Virus record (IMG/VR): IMGVR_UViG_3300030419_008158
Coordinates: 1-64,000 of that record
Length of the DNA stretch: 64,000 nucleotides
Reading direction: 5' to 3' (one strand)
The position numbers and the translations under genes are program-made. A model generated the notes under the pieces. It searched no databases and had not been told where the DNA came from. It saw only the letters and a list, made by a program, of their open reading frames with translations. Shown piece after piece: positions 34,963 through 44,542 of the stretch (positions are counted from its first letter, which is position 1; each line of letters starts with the position of its first letter).

Positions 34963-35374
34963 TTAGTTCCTCGAGCCACGTGTGATATTTATTAAGCGCA
35001 TGATCTTGAGGTTCTACTAACCTCCAGTCACCTATGCAAAATATTTTCCATGCATCGTTTCCATACTTTCCAATGCCGTGCAGTTCAATGGGTTCTTTCC
35101 AGTCATTGCCAACATATTCTTTAGTAAATCTACGCATGGTTCTAGGCCGCTTATTGTAGAATCCAAGCGGTCGTAAAAGATCAGACACTTCAGAAAATTT
35201 TGATCCCAAGAACACATCAGGAGTGGGCCACTTGTCAAAAAACTGCCATATTACTTTGTCAACTTGCTTTCTCGTAGTTTGATTTAGCATCAGACAAGAC
35301 ATTAAAATTTTCCACTCGTCAGGCCAAAGATCTTCCTGAATGAGTCCATGAGGAGACTTCGGGGGTTTCCACAT
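34949..35374 (-). CDS. MBD4-like HhH DNA glycosylase (stand-alone catalytic domain)
   Basis: WKPPKSPHGLIQE, LLRPLG, PIELHGIGKYGND, PQDHALNKYHTWL. Confidence 0.9.
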   Translation of the reverse strand: MWKPPKSPHGLIQEDLWPDEWKILMSCLMLNQTTRKQVDKVIWQFFDKWPTPDVFLGSKFSEVSDLLRPLGFYNKRPRTMRRFTKEYVGNDWKEPIELHGIGKYGNDAWKIFCIGDWRLVEPQDHALNKYHTWLEELNETH

Positions 35375-35393
35375 ATTTACCTCCTGTGATAAT

Positions 35394-35422
35394 ATTTTAT
35401 CACGCTTTTTAGAAGGTTACAC
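35394..35422 (-). promoter_or_regulatory. Sigma-70-type promoter with overlapping inverted repeat
   Basis: GTGTAA-17 nt-TAAAAT with extended TG; GTGATAA-N4-TTATCAC at 35386-35403. Confidence 0.6.
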
Positions 35423-35427
35423 GAATT

Positions 35428-36495
35428 TTACGCTGTCTGGATCATCATATTTTTTAGCTCAGGAATAAACTTCTTTCCATGCAATGCTTTGTTGCCGTGA
35501 ACACCGTACAAGCATGCTGCCACTGATGTCATCAAAGAGTTGCCATCCTGAGGTGTAAAAGCAACCCCGGTAATTTTAGTATTTCCGGAACTTGTCTTTA
35601 CAATCAAAGAGGGTTCGCATACGACAACTTGAGAATAAATTCTACCGTAAAAACCATGGTCTCGGCCAAAGGAAAAAATTGAGTTTGCTGACATTCTATC
35701 AGTCATGCAAACAAATTCATCTGTGGAGAATCTGTCGAGGACTTCGTCATGTGTCAAAGCCTCTGGAAGTTCGATTGAGAATCTAATACTGTGCATATAT
35801 TGTGTGTTAGTCTTGAGCGCGCTAGAAAACACTGGCAAGGGAATGGCTAGATCAAATAAATCACTTACATCTCTTGCATGATGTGTTCCAAAAACTGGAT
35901 CTGTATGCTTACCCGCCGTTGTAGATGGAGAGAATCCTTTATCCTGACTTACATCGTTTGCCCTTCTGATGCATGTAAAGTCACCATCAATAATACTTTG
36001 AGGTTTTCCTTGAGAGACTGCCTCTATGATTCTTGCAATTGCGTGCGTGTTACAGCTCACTACTTGAACATAGCCTTTTTCTTCTTCAATAACTTTCTTA
36101 TCTGTCAACCCCAGCGCGTAAGGAACTCCAAACCCTTTTTCGCTTCCCTGTGCTATAAAAAGCTTTCCCTTGTGTTTGCTGTACCACTTTTCCTTATTTT
36201 CATTTCCGGCGGGTGTACAGTCAATCACAACCTTTGACTTTTTGAGGGCTTGTGCCCATGTATATTTTGGATTGTGACCCAGAGCTTTGAAATCTTCTAC
36301 TTTGTCTTTGTCGACTGCAAGATTCGCTCCCATAGAAACAAGACTGTTTACTTTTGCTTTTTCATATTCCAATGGTGTTCTCTTATGAAAGATTACTTCG
36401 CCAACATCAAACTTGTCTTTTAATCTACAGAGAAGAGCAATTAGAGGCTCACCAATTGTACCGGTACCTACAACAAGAACGCTTTTTTGAATCAA
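35428..36495 (-). CDS. Archaeal-type (class II) glyceraldehyde-3-phosphate dehydrogenase-like protein
   Basis: GTGTIG, DCTPAG, AQGSEK, VVSCNTH, RRAND, THHARDV. Confidence 0.82.
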   Translation of the reverse strand: MIQKSVLVVGTGTIGEPLIALLCRLKDKFDVGEVIFHKRTPLEYEKAKVNSLVSMGANLAVDKDKVEDFKALGHNPKYTWAQALKKSKVVIDCTPAGNENKEKWYSKHKGKLFIAQGSEKGFGVPYALGLTDKKVIEEEKGYVQVVSCNTHAIARIIEAVSQGKPQSIIDGDFTCIRRANDVSQDKGFSPSTTAGKHTDPVFGTHHARDVSDLFDLAIPLPVFSSALKTNTQYMHSIRFSIELPEALTHDEVLDRFSTDEFVCMTDRMSANSIFSFGRDHGFYGRIYSQVVVCEPSLIVKTSSGNTKITGVAFTPQDGNSLMTSVAACLYGVHGNKALHGKKFIPELKNMMIQTA

Positions 36496-36504
36496 TGTTA
36501 TCTC

Positions 36505-37107
36505 CTATTCGAATTCAATGTCTACATTTACGTCGATGCGCATCTTTGGAACTCTAAGATGATTTACAAGATTGTGCTTTTTAGCCTGTTTTGAGTCTAA
36601 AAACCAGTCTGCATGTTTTTTCTTATCAACAATTTTGAGAAAGTAATCATCTGCTTTGCCACAGTTTTGTGCCATCATTGTGTAGATCTTATCATTCAGA
36701 CGATCTGCCTCTTTAGCGCCAGCCTTTAATTCCTCAACTTTACCCCAATCCATCGAGCTTACGTCGTGTATCATTATGGTCGCTTCAGGGTCTGCAAAGC
36801 GTCGACCCTCATCACCAAATGTGGTCAAAACTGCACCGCAAGACATTGCTTTTCCTGTCACAATTGTTGCAATCGGAAGCTCAGCATTTTTGATGGCAGC
36901 AATCATAGCCATAAGAGAATAGACTTGCCCTCCGTAAGAATCAATGACTATTGGCACTACAGGCTGGCCTGTGTTGTGTGCTTGGCTCATCAACTTTGTA
37001 AATTTTTCTGCACTTTCTTCATCAAACTTATTTACCCGTATCACAACTGGATTCTTTCTAAGCTCGACCTCTTTTATGAGCGGACTCACGCCTATTTTAG
37101 TCAACAT
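36505..37107 (-). CDS. clpP: ClpP-like protease
   Basis: IDSYGG, AMSCG (Ser), MIHD (His), DWFL (Asp). Confidence 0.88.
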   Translation of the reverse strand: MLTKIGVSPLIKEVELRKNPVVIRVNKFDEESAEKFTKLMSQAHNTGQPVVPIVIDSYGGQVYSLMAMIAAIKNAELPIATIVTGKAMSCGAVLTTFGDEGRRFADPEATIMIHDVSSMDWGKVEELKAGAKEADRLNDKIYTMMAQNCGKADDYFLKIVDKKKHADWFLDSKQAKKHNLVNHLRVPKMRIDVNVDIEFE

Positions 37108-37378
37108 AAACTTTCTCCTCTAACCATGTTTCAAATTCATTTACAGTTCTAAAGCCGTGTAGTGTTTCATAAAACCAATGAGATCCAAAAATTTCACAGA
37201 CCTCTTCTTCCTGGGGCATGCAGCTTCTAACATACCACATTTGTGTATTTTTATTTTCTGGGCTTCTGCGGAGCTGCAGCACTTCTTTAACAATAGGCCA
37301 TCTGTAGACTGAGAGAATGTCATCTTCTCTTCTATCTTCTTTTTTATGCCACAATAATTTCACTCTTATGTTCTTCAT
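37097..37378 (-). CDS. Hypothetical protein
   Basis: TAATG coupling with RNR stop; MKNIRVK start. Confidence 0.55.
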   Translation of the reverse strand: MKNIRVKLLWHKKEDRREDDILSVYRWPIVKEVLQLRRSPENKNTQMWYVRSCMPQEEEVCEIFGSHWFYETLHGFRTVNEFETWLEEKVYVD

Positions 37379-39867
37379 TAGCTGCACTTGCTGGATCCGC
37401 ACGCTGTGCATGTGACACAACCTTCTTGATACATTAGTGTGTCTTCCGCTCCGCAATTTTCACAAACCGTCTTTCCAGGAACTGTTCCATCTTTAATGTA
37501 GTTTTTCAAAACTCTTGCAATCACCTTAGAGAATGAAAACATATCCATTTCTCGATCTTTTTGCAATTGCTCTACAACATAATTTATAGCAGCACCGTGT
37601 CTAAGAGCCAAAGAAATTGTTCTAGTAAAACCGGCATGATTAGGGTTGTCAAATACGTCAACCAAATCCTTTATTACGAGAGTATCACCATTTTTCCCAA
37701 TTACAAGGTCATATCTAGAGTTTTTGGTTTTATAATGATGCTTAATGATGCATCCTTTTTTATATTTCTTAGGAATTTCTATGTACTTCTGCAAGCCTCC
37801 CATGACTTCATATGGTCGGCCATCCAAGAGACCTACAAGAATTGTCCAAGCTTCACCCTTGATTGTTGCGTGATGTATGTGACACTTTAACTGCTCAGGT
37901 CTTGGAGGTGCTGTGTGCATTTTGAATTTTACTTCACTGTCTTTGTCTTTCGAAACTAAAACACCCGCTCTAGATCCGTCCCTGTAAACAGTCACACCCT
38001 TGCAGCCTAACTCCCATCCTTTCATATAGACATCTTTAACCGTCTCAACATCAATGTCAGCTGGAAGATTTGTCGTGTTTGAAATTGCATGACAAACCCA
38101 TTTTTGTGCTGCTGCTTGCATTTTAACTTTTTGCACCCAGTCAATCTCATTAGATGTGGCACCGTTATACGGACTCATCTCAACAAGCTTTTCATTGCTC
38201 ATCGTTTCGCCCTCATCGATTTCCAGGGTGTCCATCCACTGCTTAAATCCGTGGTGATACACGCTATACTCCTGCCATCGGTCACCACTATCGTCGACAA
38301 AATCAACGCGGCCTTCTGCGTCATTTTCTGTCAATTTTTTTCGTCGTGTATAGTGCAACATAAATGCCGGCTCGATACCAGACGTTGTTTGTGTCAGCAC
38401 AGAAACTGAGCCTGCCGGGGCAGTGGTCGTCAATGCTATATTTCTACGACCATACTTTTTGCTCATTTCATAAACATCAGGAGCAGCTTCCCAAATTCTT
38501 TCTAAAAATGGATGATTTCTTTCTTTGTCATGATCGTGCACTTCAAAAGAGCCTCTTTCTTTCGCCATAACACAAGATGATCTATACGCATTGACTGCAA
38601 GTGTCTTGTAAAAGCTTTCAACTAGATCAATTGACGGGTCTGATCCGTACGTTTCGCCCATGGCTGCTAGTGTGTCACCCACTGCTGTAACACCCAGACC
38701 GGTTCTACGTCCGAGCATTGCTCGTTCTCGTATACTTTCCCACAAGTCTCGCTCAATTTTCTTTACACAATCAGGCTCAGGATCACTTTGAATTTTTTCA
38801 AGTATTTTATCAACCTGCTCAATTTCAAGATCAATCATATTGTCCATAAGCCTCTGTGCTTTTTGGGTAACACTGGCAAATAAATCATAATCAAAAGAAG
38901 CCTCAGGTGTATATGGATTTTCAACAAATGAAGAAAGATTAATCAGAATAAGACGACAGCTATCATATGGGCTCAAAATAATCTCACCACACGGATTAGT
39001 AGATGAAGACCCAAACCCATCATCACTGTAAATGTCTGACGGGGTCATCTTTTTTGCTGTGTCCCAAAATAGTAAACCAGGTTCAGCTGATGCGTGTGCA
39101 CTTTCAATAATTTCTGCCCAAAGATCATTTGCATCTATTTCTTGAACTACTTTATGATCAGCTTCTTTTTCGACAGGAAATCTTAGTTGAAATTTTTCTT
39201 TTTCTCTGACGGCATTAAGAAACTCATCTGATAGGCGCACCGATATGTTTGCCCCTGTCACTCTAGTAAGATCTCTTTTTATCTTGATAAAGTCTCGAAC
39301 TTGTGGGTGATGCACAGAAATAGTAAGCATCAGTGCACCTCGGCGGCCGCCTTGTGCAACTTCGCGACATGAATTGGAAAATCGGTCCATGAAGACTTCA
39401 ATACCATCAGTAGTCCTTGCACAATTCCCAGTTGACAGTCCTTTGGGTCGTATCGTACTTAGGTCAAAACCAACACCGCCGCGGCGCTTAGCTATCTGAA
39501 CTAGTTCCTGATCAGACTTTAAAATTCCGCCGTAGGAATCATATGGTGACTCTATAACAAAACAATTTGAGAGAGACTGTATTTGATATGGATTGCCAAT
39601 TCCCGACATCGGTGATCCTTGCGGAACGATATATTGGAAATTTTCTAACAATCCAAAAATCTCTTCTTCAGACATGGGATTTGGATATTTTGACTCAATT
39701 CTAGCAAACTCTTTTGCCATGCGCGTGTGCATGTGAGCAGGTGTAAGTTCGTGCACCTCACCAGCTTTGTCAGTCAAAGCGTATTTTGTTACAAAAACAT
39801 TTGCGGCTAGCTCGTCCCCATCGAAATATTCTAAACTTTCTTCAAAAGCTTCTTTGTAAGATGCCAT
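37378..39867 (-). CDS. nrdJ: Class II (adenosylcobalamin) ribonucleotide reductase
   Basis: SNCFV, RRGGVG, RRGALM, NPCGE, APAGS, YRDGSR, C-terminal CxxC...EGCxxCxxCGxSKC; no beta subunit nearby. Confidence 0.9.
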   Translation of the reverse strand: MASYKEAFEESLEYFDGDELAANVFVTKYALTDKAGEVHELTPAHMHTRMAKEFARIESKYPNPMSEEEIFGLLENFQYIVPQGSPMSGIGNPYQIQSLSNCFVIESPYDSYGGILKSDQELVQIAKRRGGVGFDLSTIRPKGLSTGNCARTTDGIEVFMDRFSNSCREVAQGGRRGALMLTISVHHPQVRDFIKIKRDLTRVTGANISVRLSDEFLNAVREKEKFQLRFPVEKEADHKVVQEIDANDLWAEIIESAHASAEPGLLFWDTAKKMTPSDIYSDDGFGSSSTNPCGEIILSPYDSCRLILINLSSFVENPYTPEASFDYDLFASVTQKAQRLMDNMIDLEIEQVDKILEKIQSDPEPDCVKKIERDLWESIRERAMLGRRTGLGVTAVGDTLAAMGETYGSDPSIDLVESFYKTLAVNAYRSSCVMAKERGSFEVHDHDKERNHPFLERIWEAAPDVYEMSKKYGRRNIALTTTAPAGSVSVLTQTTSGIEPAFMLHYTRRKKLTENDAEGRVDFVDDSGDRWQEYSVYHHGFKQWMDTLEIDEGETMSNEKLVEMSPYNGATSNEIDWVQKVKMQAAAQKWVCHAISNTTNLPADIDVETVKDVYMKGWELGCKGVTVYRDGSRAGVLVSKDKDSEVKFKMHTAPPRPEQLKCHIHHATIKGEAWTILVGLLDGRPYEVMGGLQKYIEIPKKYKKGCIIKHHYKTKNSRYDLVIGKNGDTLVIKDLVDVFDNPNHAGFTRTISLALRHGAAINYVVEQLQKDREMDMFSFSKVIARVLKNYIKDGTVPGKTVCENCGAEDTLMYQEGCVTCTACGSSKCS

Positions 39868-39964
39868 CTACTACCTCAATATGCGTATCTAGTTTTCTAT
39901 TTTTGATTCTAGTCAACACAAAGCAAATCGTATTCATAATAACGATCATTTCTTTGTGAATTTT

Positions 39965-41392
39965 TTACAGCTCGTCTTCCTCACTACCTTTTACTTCTCG
40001 CCACTTTTTCAAAAGTGCTGCTTTAGCTTCGCTATTAGAAGCTGCAACAGCTTCATTTAGAGACATTGAATTTTCGTCAAGTATGCTAAATAAAGACATC
40101 GACGTATCAACTGTTATCGGGAATACGATTCCATCTCGACCCGCTCTATTTTTTGCGATAAAAAGCCTCCCTACACCAGAAGACTTTTCTGCTGCTTTTC
40201 TAGAAAGGCTAATAACCACATCTGCGACCATTGCTTTGCCATATGCTTCTGACATGTTTTCTAAGCCGACAATGTCAGATTGAGCACTGTCTCTATTTGC
40301 CTGTGATGCAGTCCAAACAGGAATATCTAACTCCATTGCTAAGTTGCGAAGCTCTTCATATATTAATTTAAGTTCGTGTCGCAAACTATCATATGCTCTT
40401 GTTGATTTCATAATATCGGCGTAGTCGACAATGATTACATTTGGTTTGAACCCTTTTAGAGTTAGTTTTTCGATATGATTTCGAATTGTAACGACTGAAG
40501 CGCTTCCTGTAGGGTATTCTTTAATTATTAGGCGCCCCAAATCTTTGTCTTTGTAGACATTTTGCACTATCTCTTTGTTGTCCTGAACATCATTACTCGG
40601 AATGCCGCAGAGATTGCTGTCATATCGAATTCCTACAGCTGTCTCAGTTAGCTCAAAAGTATAGTGTAAAACATTTTTTCCGGCGCGCATTGCATTTGCA
40701 CCAATTGCAACAAGCCAGTGTGATTTTCCAACGCCAGTATTAGCTGTAACTACACCGATTTCGCCACGGCCTAGACCCCCTTTGAAAATATCTTTCTTGT
40801 CAAGTCGATCAAACCCTGTGGGAACGGCGTGTCTATTGATTTTTACAAATCTTGCTTCGATGTCTTCAAAAAAATCATGACCGCTTGAATTTTTCATACC
40901 AATAGAAACAGCATTTTTCATGAGATCAATAACTTCTTCGAAATTTTCTCCCTGAATGAGATCTACAGACTTTTCAAGGGCACCTTTGAAAGCTTGTCGT
41001 TTAGAAAAGTCAAGGGTTTTATCTTTGACGTATCCAATATCACCAGGATTGGGATTTGCTTTTACGCGAAGTAAAAATTCAATAATCTGGTCTCTCAGCA
41101 CATCGTCAGCCCCGTCAGAAAGCTCTTCTTTGATGACTTGAACAAGTAGCCCTAAGGTCGGAAAACATCGATACTTCTCGTAATAAGCAAAATATTTCTC
41201 AGTTAGAAATCGAAGATAGTCTACGTCAAAAAAATTAGGACGCATAACTTCAACCATCTGACTGGCCCATTGATTGTCTGTTACCAGACCTTGAAATATT
41301 TTTTCCTGAAAATTCTTTCCGTACTGAGAAAAATGATGTACTTCACTTGCATTCTCAATGATCTCACGCATAAAATCGTTCTTAATGGTCAC
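39965..41392 (-). CDS. Replicative SF4 helicase (DnaB/T4 gp41-like)
   Basis: ANTGVGKS, TFE, VDYAD, TASQANR, KNRAG. Confidence 0.93.
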   Translation of the reverse strand: MTIKNDFMREIIENASEVHHFSQYGKNFQEKIFQGLVTDNQWASQMVEVMRPNFFDVDYLRFLTEKYFAYYEKYRCFPTLGLLVQVIKEELSDGADDVLRDQIIEFLLRVKANPNPGDIGYVKDKTLDFSKRQAFKGALEKSVDLIQGENFEEVIDLMKNAVSIGMKNSSGHDFFEDIEARFVKINRHAVPTGFDRLDKKDIFKGGLGRGEIGVVTANTGVGKSHWLVAIGANAMRAGKNVLHYTFELTETAVGIRYDSNLCGIPSNDVQDNKEIVQNVYKDKDLGRLIIKEYPTGSASVVTIRNHIEKLTLKGFKPNVIIVDYADIMKSTRAYDSLRHELKLIYEELRNLAMELDIPVWTASQANRDSAQSDIVGLENMSEAYGKAMVADVVISLSRKAAEKSSGVGRLFIAKNRAGRDGIVFPITVDTSMSLFSILDENSMSLNEAVAASNSEAKAALLKKWREVKGSEEDEL

Positions 41393-42338
41393 GATACCTC
41401 ACAGAATTTATTGCGACAAAGTGTCGGTTGATGTCAAAGTTTTGCATTCCATTGTGCGTCATAAGACGAAGCAATGACATTTTATTCGATTTTCCCTGGT
41501 TTTCAATTTGTCCGACAATTTTTTGAATTTGGTCTGCAGCGAGGCGTGATGTGTCTAAATTCATCAGATTCCAATTTCTATGTGCAACCTCCAAAGATTC
41601 AGAAATAAGGCGAATTGTCTTTCCCTTCTTTTTTTTCAAAATTTCATGTGCTTCATCAACAATTTCAGTGTGTGACACAAACTTGTCTTCTCTAAGAACG
41701 GGAAACCACTTTGACAACGTCTTGAAACCCGCACCTTTGATGCCGTCTATGTTATCACTCGGATCACCGACAAAACACCTTGCTGTAACAAAATTTGTAG
41801 ATGAAATTCCAAATTTTTCTAGTACAGCTTTTTTATCAATAACTTTTTTCTGTCCCGGAGACCACTGTATGACCCTGTCATCAATTAACTGGTGGAGATC
41901 TTTGTCTGATGAAGCTATTACGACATCAGCTTTCTTGAAGGAGTATTTTACCAGATAACCTATTACATCATCTGCTTCGCATCCCCTTACATATATTTGT
42001 GTTACAGGTAGATCACTAAATGCCTTTACTAGGAGTGAAACTTGATCCATGTGATTTGATGACGTGGCGGGTAAATCATCGTCATAATATCTATTCAAAG
42101 ATGCAGGTCTTCGACCCGACTTGTATGTACTCAGTGTTGCTCTTTTTCTCAAGCTGCCGCCGGATTCCCACACGACAACTACTTTTGATGGTGAAAATTT
42201 TTCGCACAGTGCGCCTACGCCGCCTAAAAAACCGACAAATCCACCTACATGGTCTCCATTCGTAGAGAGCGACGGATTTGCACAAAAATGTCGCATAAAT
42301 ACGTTAAGGCCGTCAACAATGAGAATCGGATTTTTCAT
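41382..42338 (-). CDS. 5'-3' exonuclease / RNase H-like nuclease
   Basis: IVDGLN, YKSGR, EADD, SSDKD, GDPSDNIDGIKGAG. Confidence 0.92.
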   Translation of the reverse strand: MKNPILIVDGLNVFMRHFCANPSLSTNGDHVGGFVGFLGGVGALCEKFSPSKVVVVWESGGSLRKRATLSTYKSGRRPASLNRYYDDDLPATSSNHMDQVSLLVKAFSDLPVTQIYVRGCEADDVIGYLVKYSFKKADVVIASSDKDLHQLIDDRVIQWSPGQKKVIDKKAVLEKFGISSTNFVTARCFVGDPSDNIDGIKGAGFKTLSKWFPVLREDKFVSHTEIVDEAHEILKKKKGKTIRLISESLEVAHRNWNLMNLDTSRLAADQIQKIVGQIENQGKSNKMSLLRLMTHNGMQNFDINRHFVAINSVRYRDH

Positions 42339-43534
42339 TATTGTTGCTCGAGATCAGCAAGTGATTCCTCTAAGTCTAAAGAGATTGCACGAACTTCTTC
42401 ATAAGACTCTTCGTCAACATCTATGTCATCAGCACTAGACATCTTTTTAACAAATGCCGCCTCTATCAAGTCTTCAAGATAAGTGCGATACAGCTCATCC
42501 TTCAATAAATCACCAAAGTCAGACTTATAAAACTTCTTTTCATGAATCACTTCGCCCGTACTTGAATCAGAAACTGTAAGATGTTTCCACGCACCTGTAC
42601 CCGAAACGCATATGTCTTTTCCTGCGACTGATGCTTGTCCGTGTTTTCTGAGAACGTCAAACAGTTGCTCGTGTTCTACAATGCCTTTCCCGAAATGAAT
42701 TTCAAAATTACAAGTTCTGAAAGGTGCAGACACCTTATTTTTGATGGTTTTGGCAGAAACATTAATACCGATGATATTCTTGTCCTTATCTTGAATTGGT
42801 TGGCCCGCTCCAAGCTTAATTCTTACAGAAGAATGAAATGGAATTGCCTTTCCTCCGGGTGTTGTTGTTGGATCTCCGTACATTACACCAATTTTTGTCC
42901 TGATCTGATTAAGACAAATCAAAAGAACACTTTGATTCGCAATGACGCCTGTAATTTTTCTCATTCCTTTTGAAATTGCTCTTGCTTGTAGCCCGATGGA
43001 TTCCTTGTCATAATCTCCAATAAGCTCTGCTTTTGGAGAAGTCGCAGCAACTGAGTCCCATATAATGGTTATTGGGACATCTTTGTCCATCGCTTTTGCC
43101 TTCATTATCGTTGATTCAGCGATAGACAAAACTTCTTCTGTACAATGTGTGTCGACGTAGACAAACCTCTTGCTGATGTCGACACCTAATAGCGCTAAGT
43201 TTTCAACTGAAGTTGCATTTTCTGTATCAATATAGACAATGATTCCTCCCATCTGCTGGGTGGATCTTGCAATTTGAATTGCGATATGTGACTTGCCAAT
43301 CGAAGGCGGACCAAAAATTTCAACAATTCGACCTTCTGGAAGTCCGCCATTACGTCTATTAGCACAAATATAATCAAGCTGCCTAGATCCCGTACTTATC
43401 CATCTTTTGACATGAGTGGGTGACTCATCATGATCCAGATTGTATGCAATCTTAGAGCCGTGATCTTTATTGATGGAGCTAATAAGGTCAGCAGTAAATT
43501 CATCCATTGGGTTGTCTGTTTTCTTTTTTGCCAT
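42338..43534 (-). CDS. recA: RecA/UvsX recombinase
   Basis: GLPEGRIVEIFGPPSIGKS, IDTE, DSVAA, NQIR, TTPGGKA, KNK. Confidence 0.95.
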   Translation of the reverse strand: MAKKKTDNPMDEFTADLISSINKDHGSKIAYNLDHDESPTHVKRWISTGSRQLDYICANRRNGGLPEGRIVEIFGPPSIGKSHIAIQIARSTQQMGGIIVYIDTENATSVENLALLGVDISKRFVYVDTHCTEEVLSIAESTIMKAKAMDKDVPITIIWDSVAATSPKAELIGDYDKESIGLQARAISKGMRKITGVIANQSVLLICLNQIRTKIGVMYGDPTTTPGGKAIPFHSSVRIKLGAGQPIQDKDKNIIGINVSAKTIKNKVSAPFRTCNFEIHFGKGIVEHEQLFDVLRKHGQASVAGKDICVSGTGAWKHLTVSDSSTGEVIHEKKFYKSDFGDLLKDELYRTYLEDLIEAAFVKKMSSADDIDVDEESYEEVRAISLDLEESLADLEQQ

Positions 43535-43584
43535 TCTAGCCTCCGTGTATTGAATTATAGGATTTTACCTCTCATTAAACAAAC

Positions 43585-43624
43585 AAAAACGGGGCAGTGA
43601 CATAAAGATCACTGCCCCGTTTTT
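43585..43624. terminator. Intrinsic (potentially bidirectional) terminator after ssb
   Basis: AAAAACGGGGCAGTGA-N8-TCACTGCCCCGTTTTT. Confidence 0.85.
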
Positions 43625-43643
43625 CATTCTTCTAAGACAACTT

Positions 43644-44435
43644 CTAGAGATTCTCCAGGTCAGCAAATGCTTCGTCTAAATCTTTCATAGTGTTTGATCC
43701 AGAAGAGCTATTTGATGAAGCCTCAGAGGAACTTGATGAAGACGATTCTCCTGATGATCTATAGGATCCATCCGAATCATTGGGGCCCTCGAGCCAGCCA
43801 TTGATAATCTTTTCAAGCTCTTCGTATGTTTTGCACGCATACATTTCATCGAGATCGGGAATTGAGTTGTTCCACTCCTTGATCTGTCCTTTGTCATCTG
43901 AAAGAGATGTTGCTTTGGGCCTGGGTCGAACAGATGTTTCTGCCCACATTCTTCCAGGTTGCTTAGTACAGCTGACTTTGATATCAAACCCCTCTTTGAT
44001 ATCAGTAATATCGCCGTAGTCTGAGTCTAGCATGATCTTTAGCAGATCCTGGTAAACCATCTTGCCAAAAGACCAAAGCCGAACACCTTTATCTTCTTCT
44101 CCTCGAACAATTACTGCTGCATAAGAGCGCATCTTCGGATAAAGCTTCTTAGCCAGCTCATACGACTCCTTAGTGTCATCACTTCGAAGCTTAGTAATTA
44201 GTTCTTGAAATGGGTCAGGCTTGCCAAATTGATATGGTGCCAACAAACCGGGATTGTTCCCAATATTATAGTAAAAATACCGCTCCTTGAACGGTTGCCC
44301 ATCGTTATCAGGAAAGGCGATGATTCGGATTGTGGTTTCTTCTCCCTCTGGGGGACGCCACATTGTGTTCTTGCGAGAATTTTGCCCGCTCAGTTGATTC
44401 AGCTTCTTTTGAAGCGCTTCAAGATTGACTGCCAT
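43644..44435 (-). CDS. Single-stranded DNA-binding protein (T4 gp32-like)
   Basis: IRII..P, GVRLWSFGK, YGDITD..GFD; Ser-rich linker; acidic tail DLDEAFADLENL; next to recA. Confidence 0.85.
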   Translation of the reverse strand: MAVNLEALQKKLNQLSGQNSRKNTMWRPPEGEETTIRIIAFPDNDGQPFKERYFYYNIGNNPGLLAPYQFGKPDPFQELITKLRSDDTKESYELAKKLYPKMRSYAAVIVRGEEDKGVRLWSFGKMVYQDLLKIMLDSDYGDITDIKEGFDIKVSCTKQPGRMWAETSVRPRPKATSLSDDKGQIKEWNNSIPDLDEMYACKTYEELEKIINGWLEGPNDSDGSYRSSGESSSSSSSEASSNSSSGSNTMKDLDEAFADLENL

Positions 44436-44542
44436 TTTCTAACCTCCATAATTGTCTAAATTGGCAATGTGCAAATTTTACAAATTGTTTTTTGTTTTTG
44501 CTAACAGACTAATACTAATAAACTAATAATCAATAATCAATT

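Noticed and set aside
29691-35374. Eukaryotic giant virus origin suggested by MBD4, zincless Nei and topo II
   Set aside because: SD sequences, sigma factor, sigma-70 promoters and contractile-tail genes indicate a bacteriophage
39868-39964. tRNA, riboswitch or NrdR box upstream of nrdJ
   Set aside because: No cloverleaf, cobalamin riboswitch core or convincing NrdR palindrome visible by eye; a covariance-model search would be needed to exclude them
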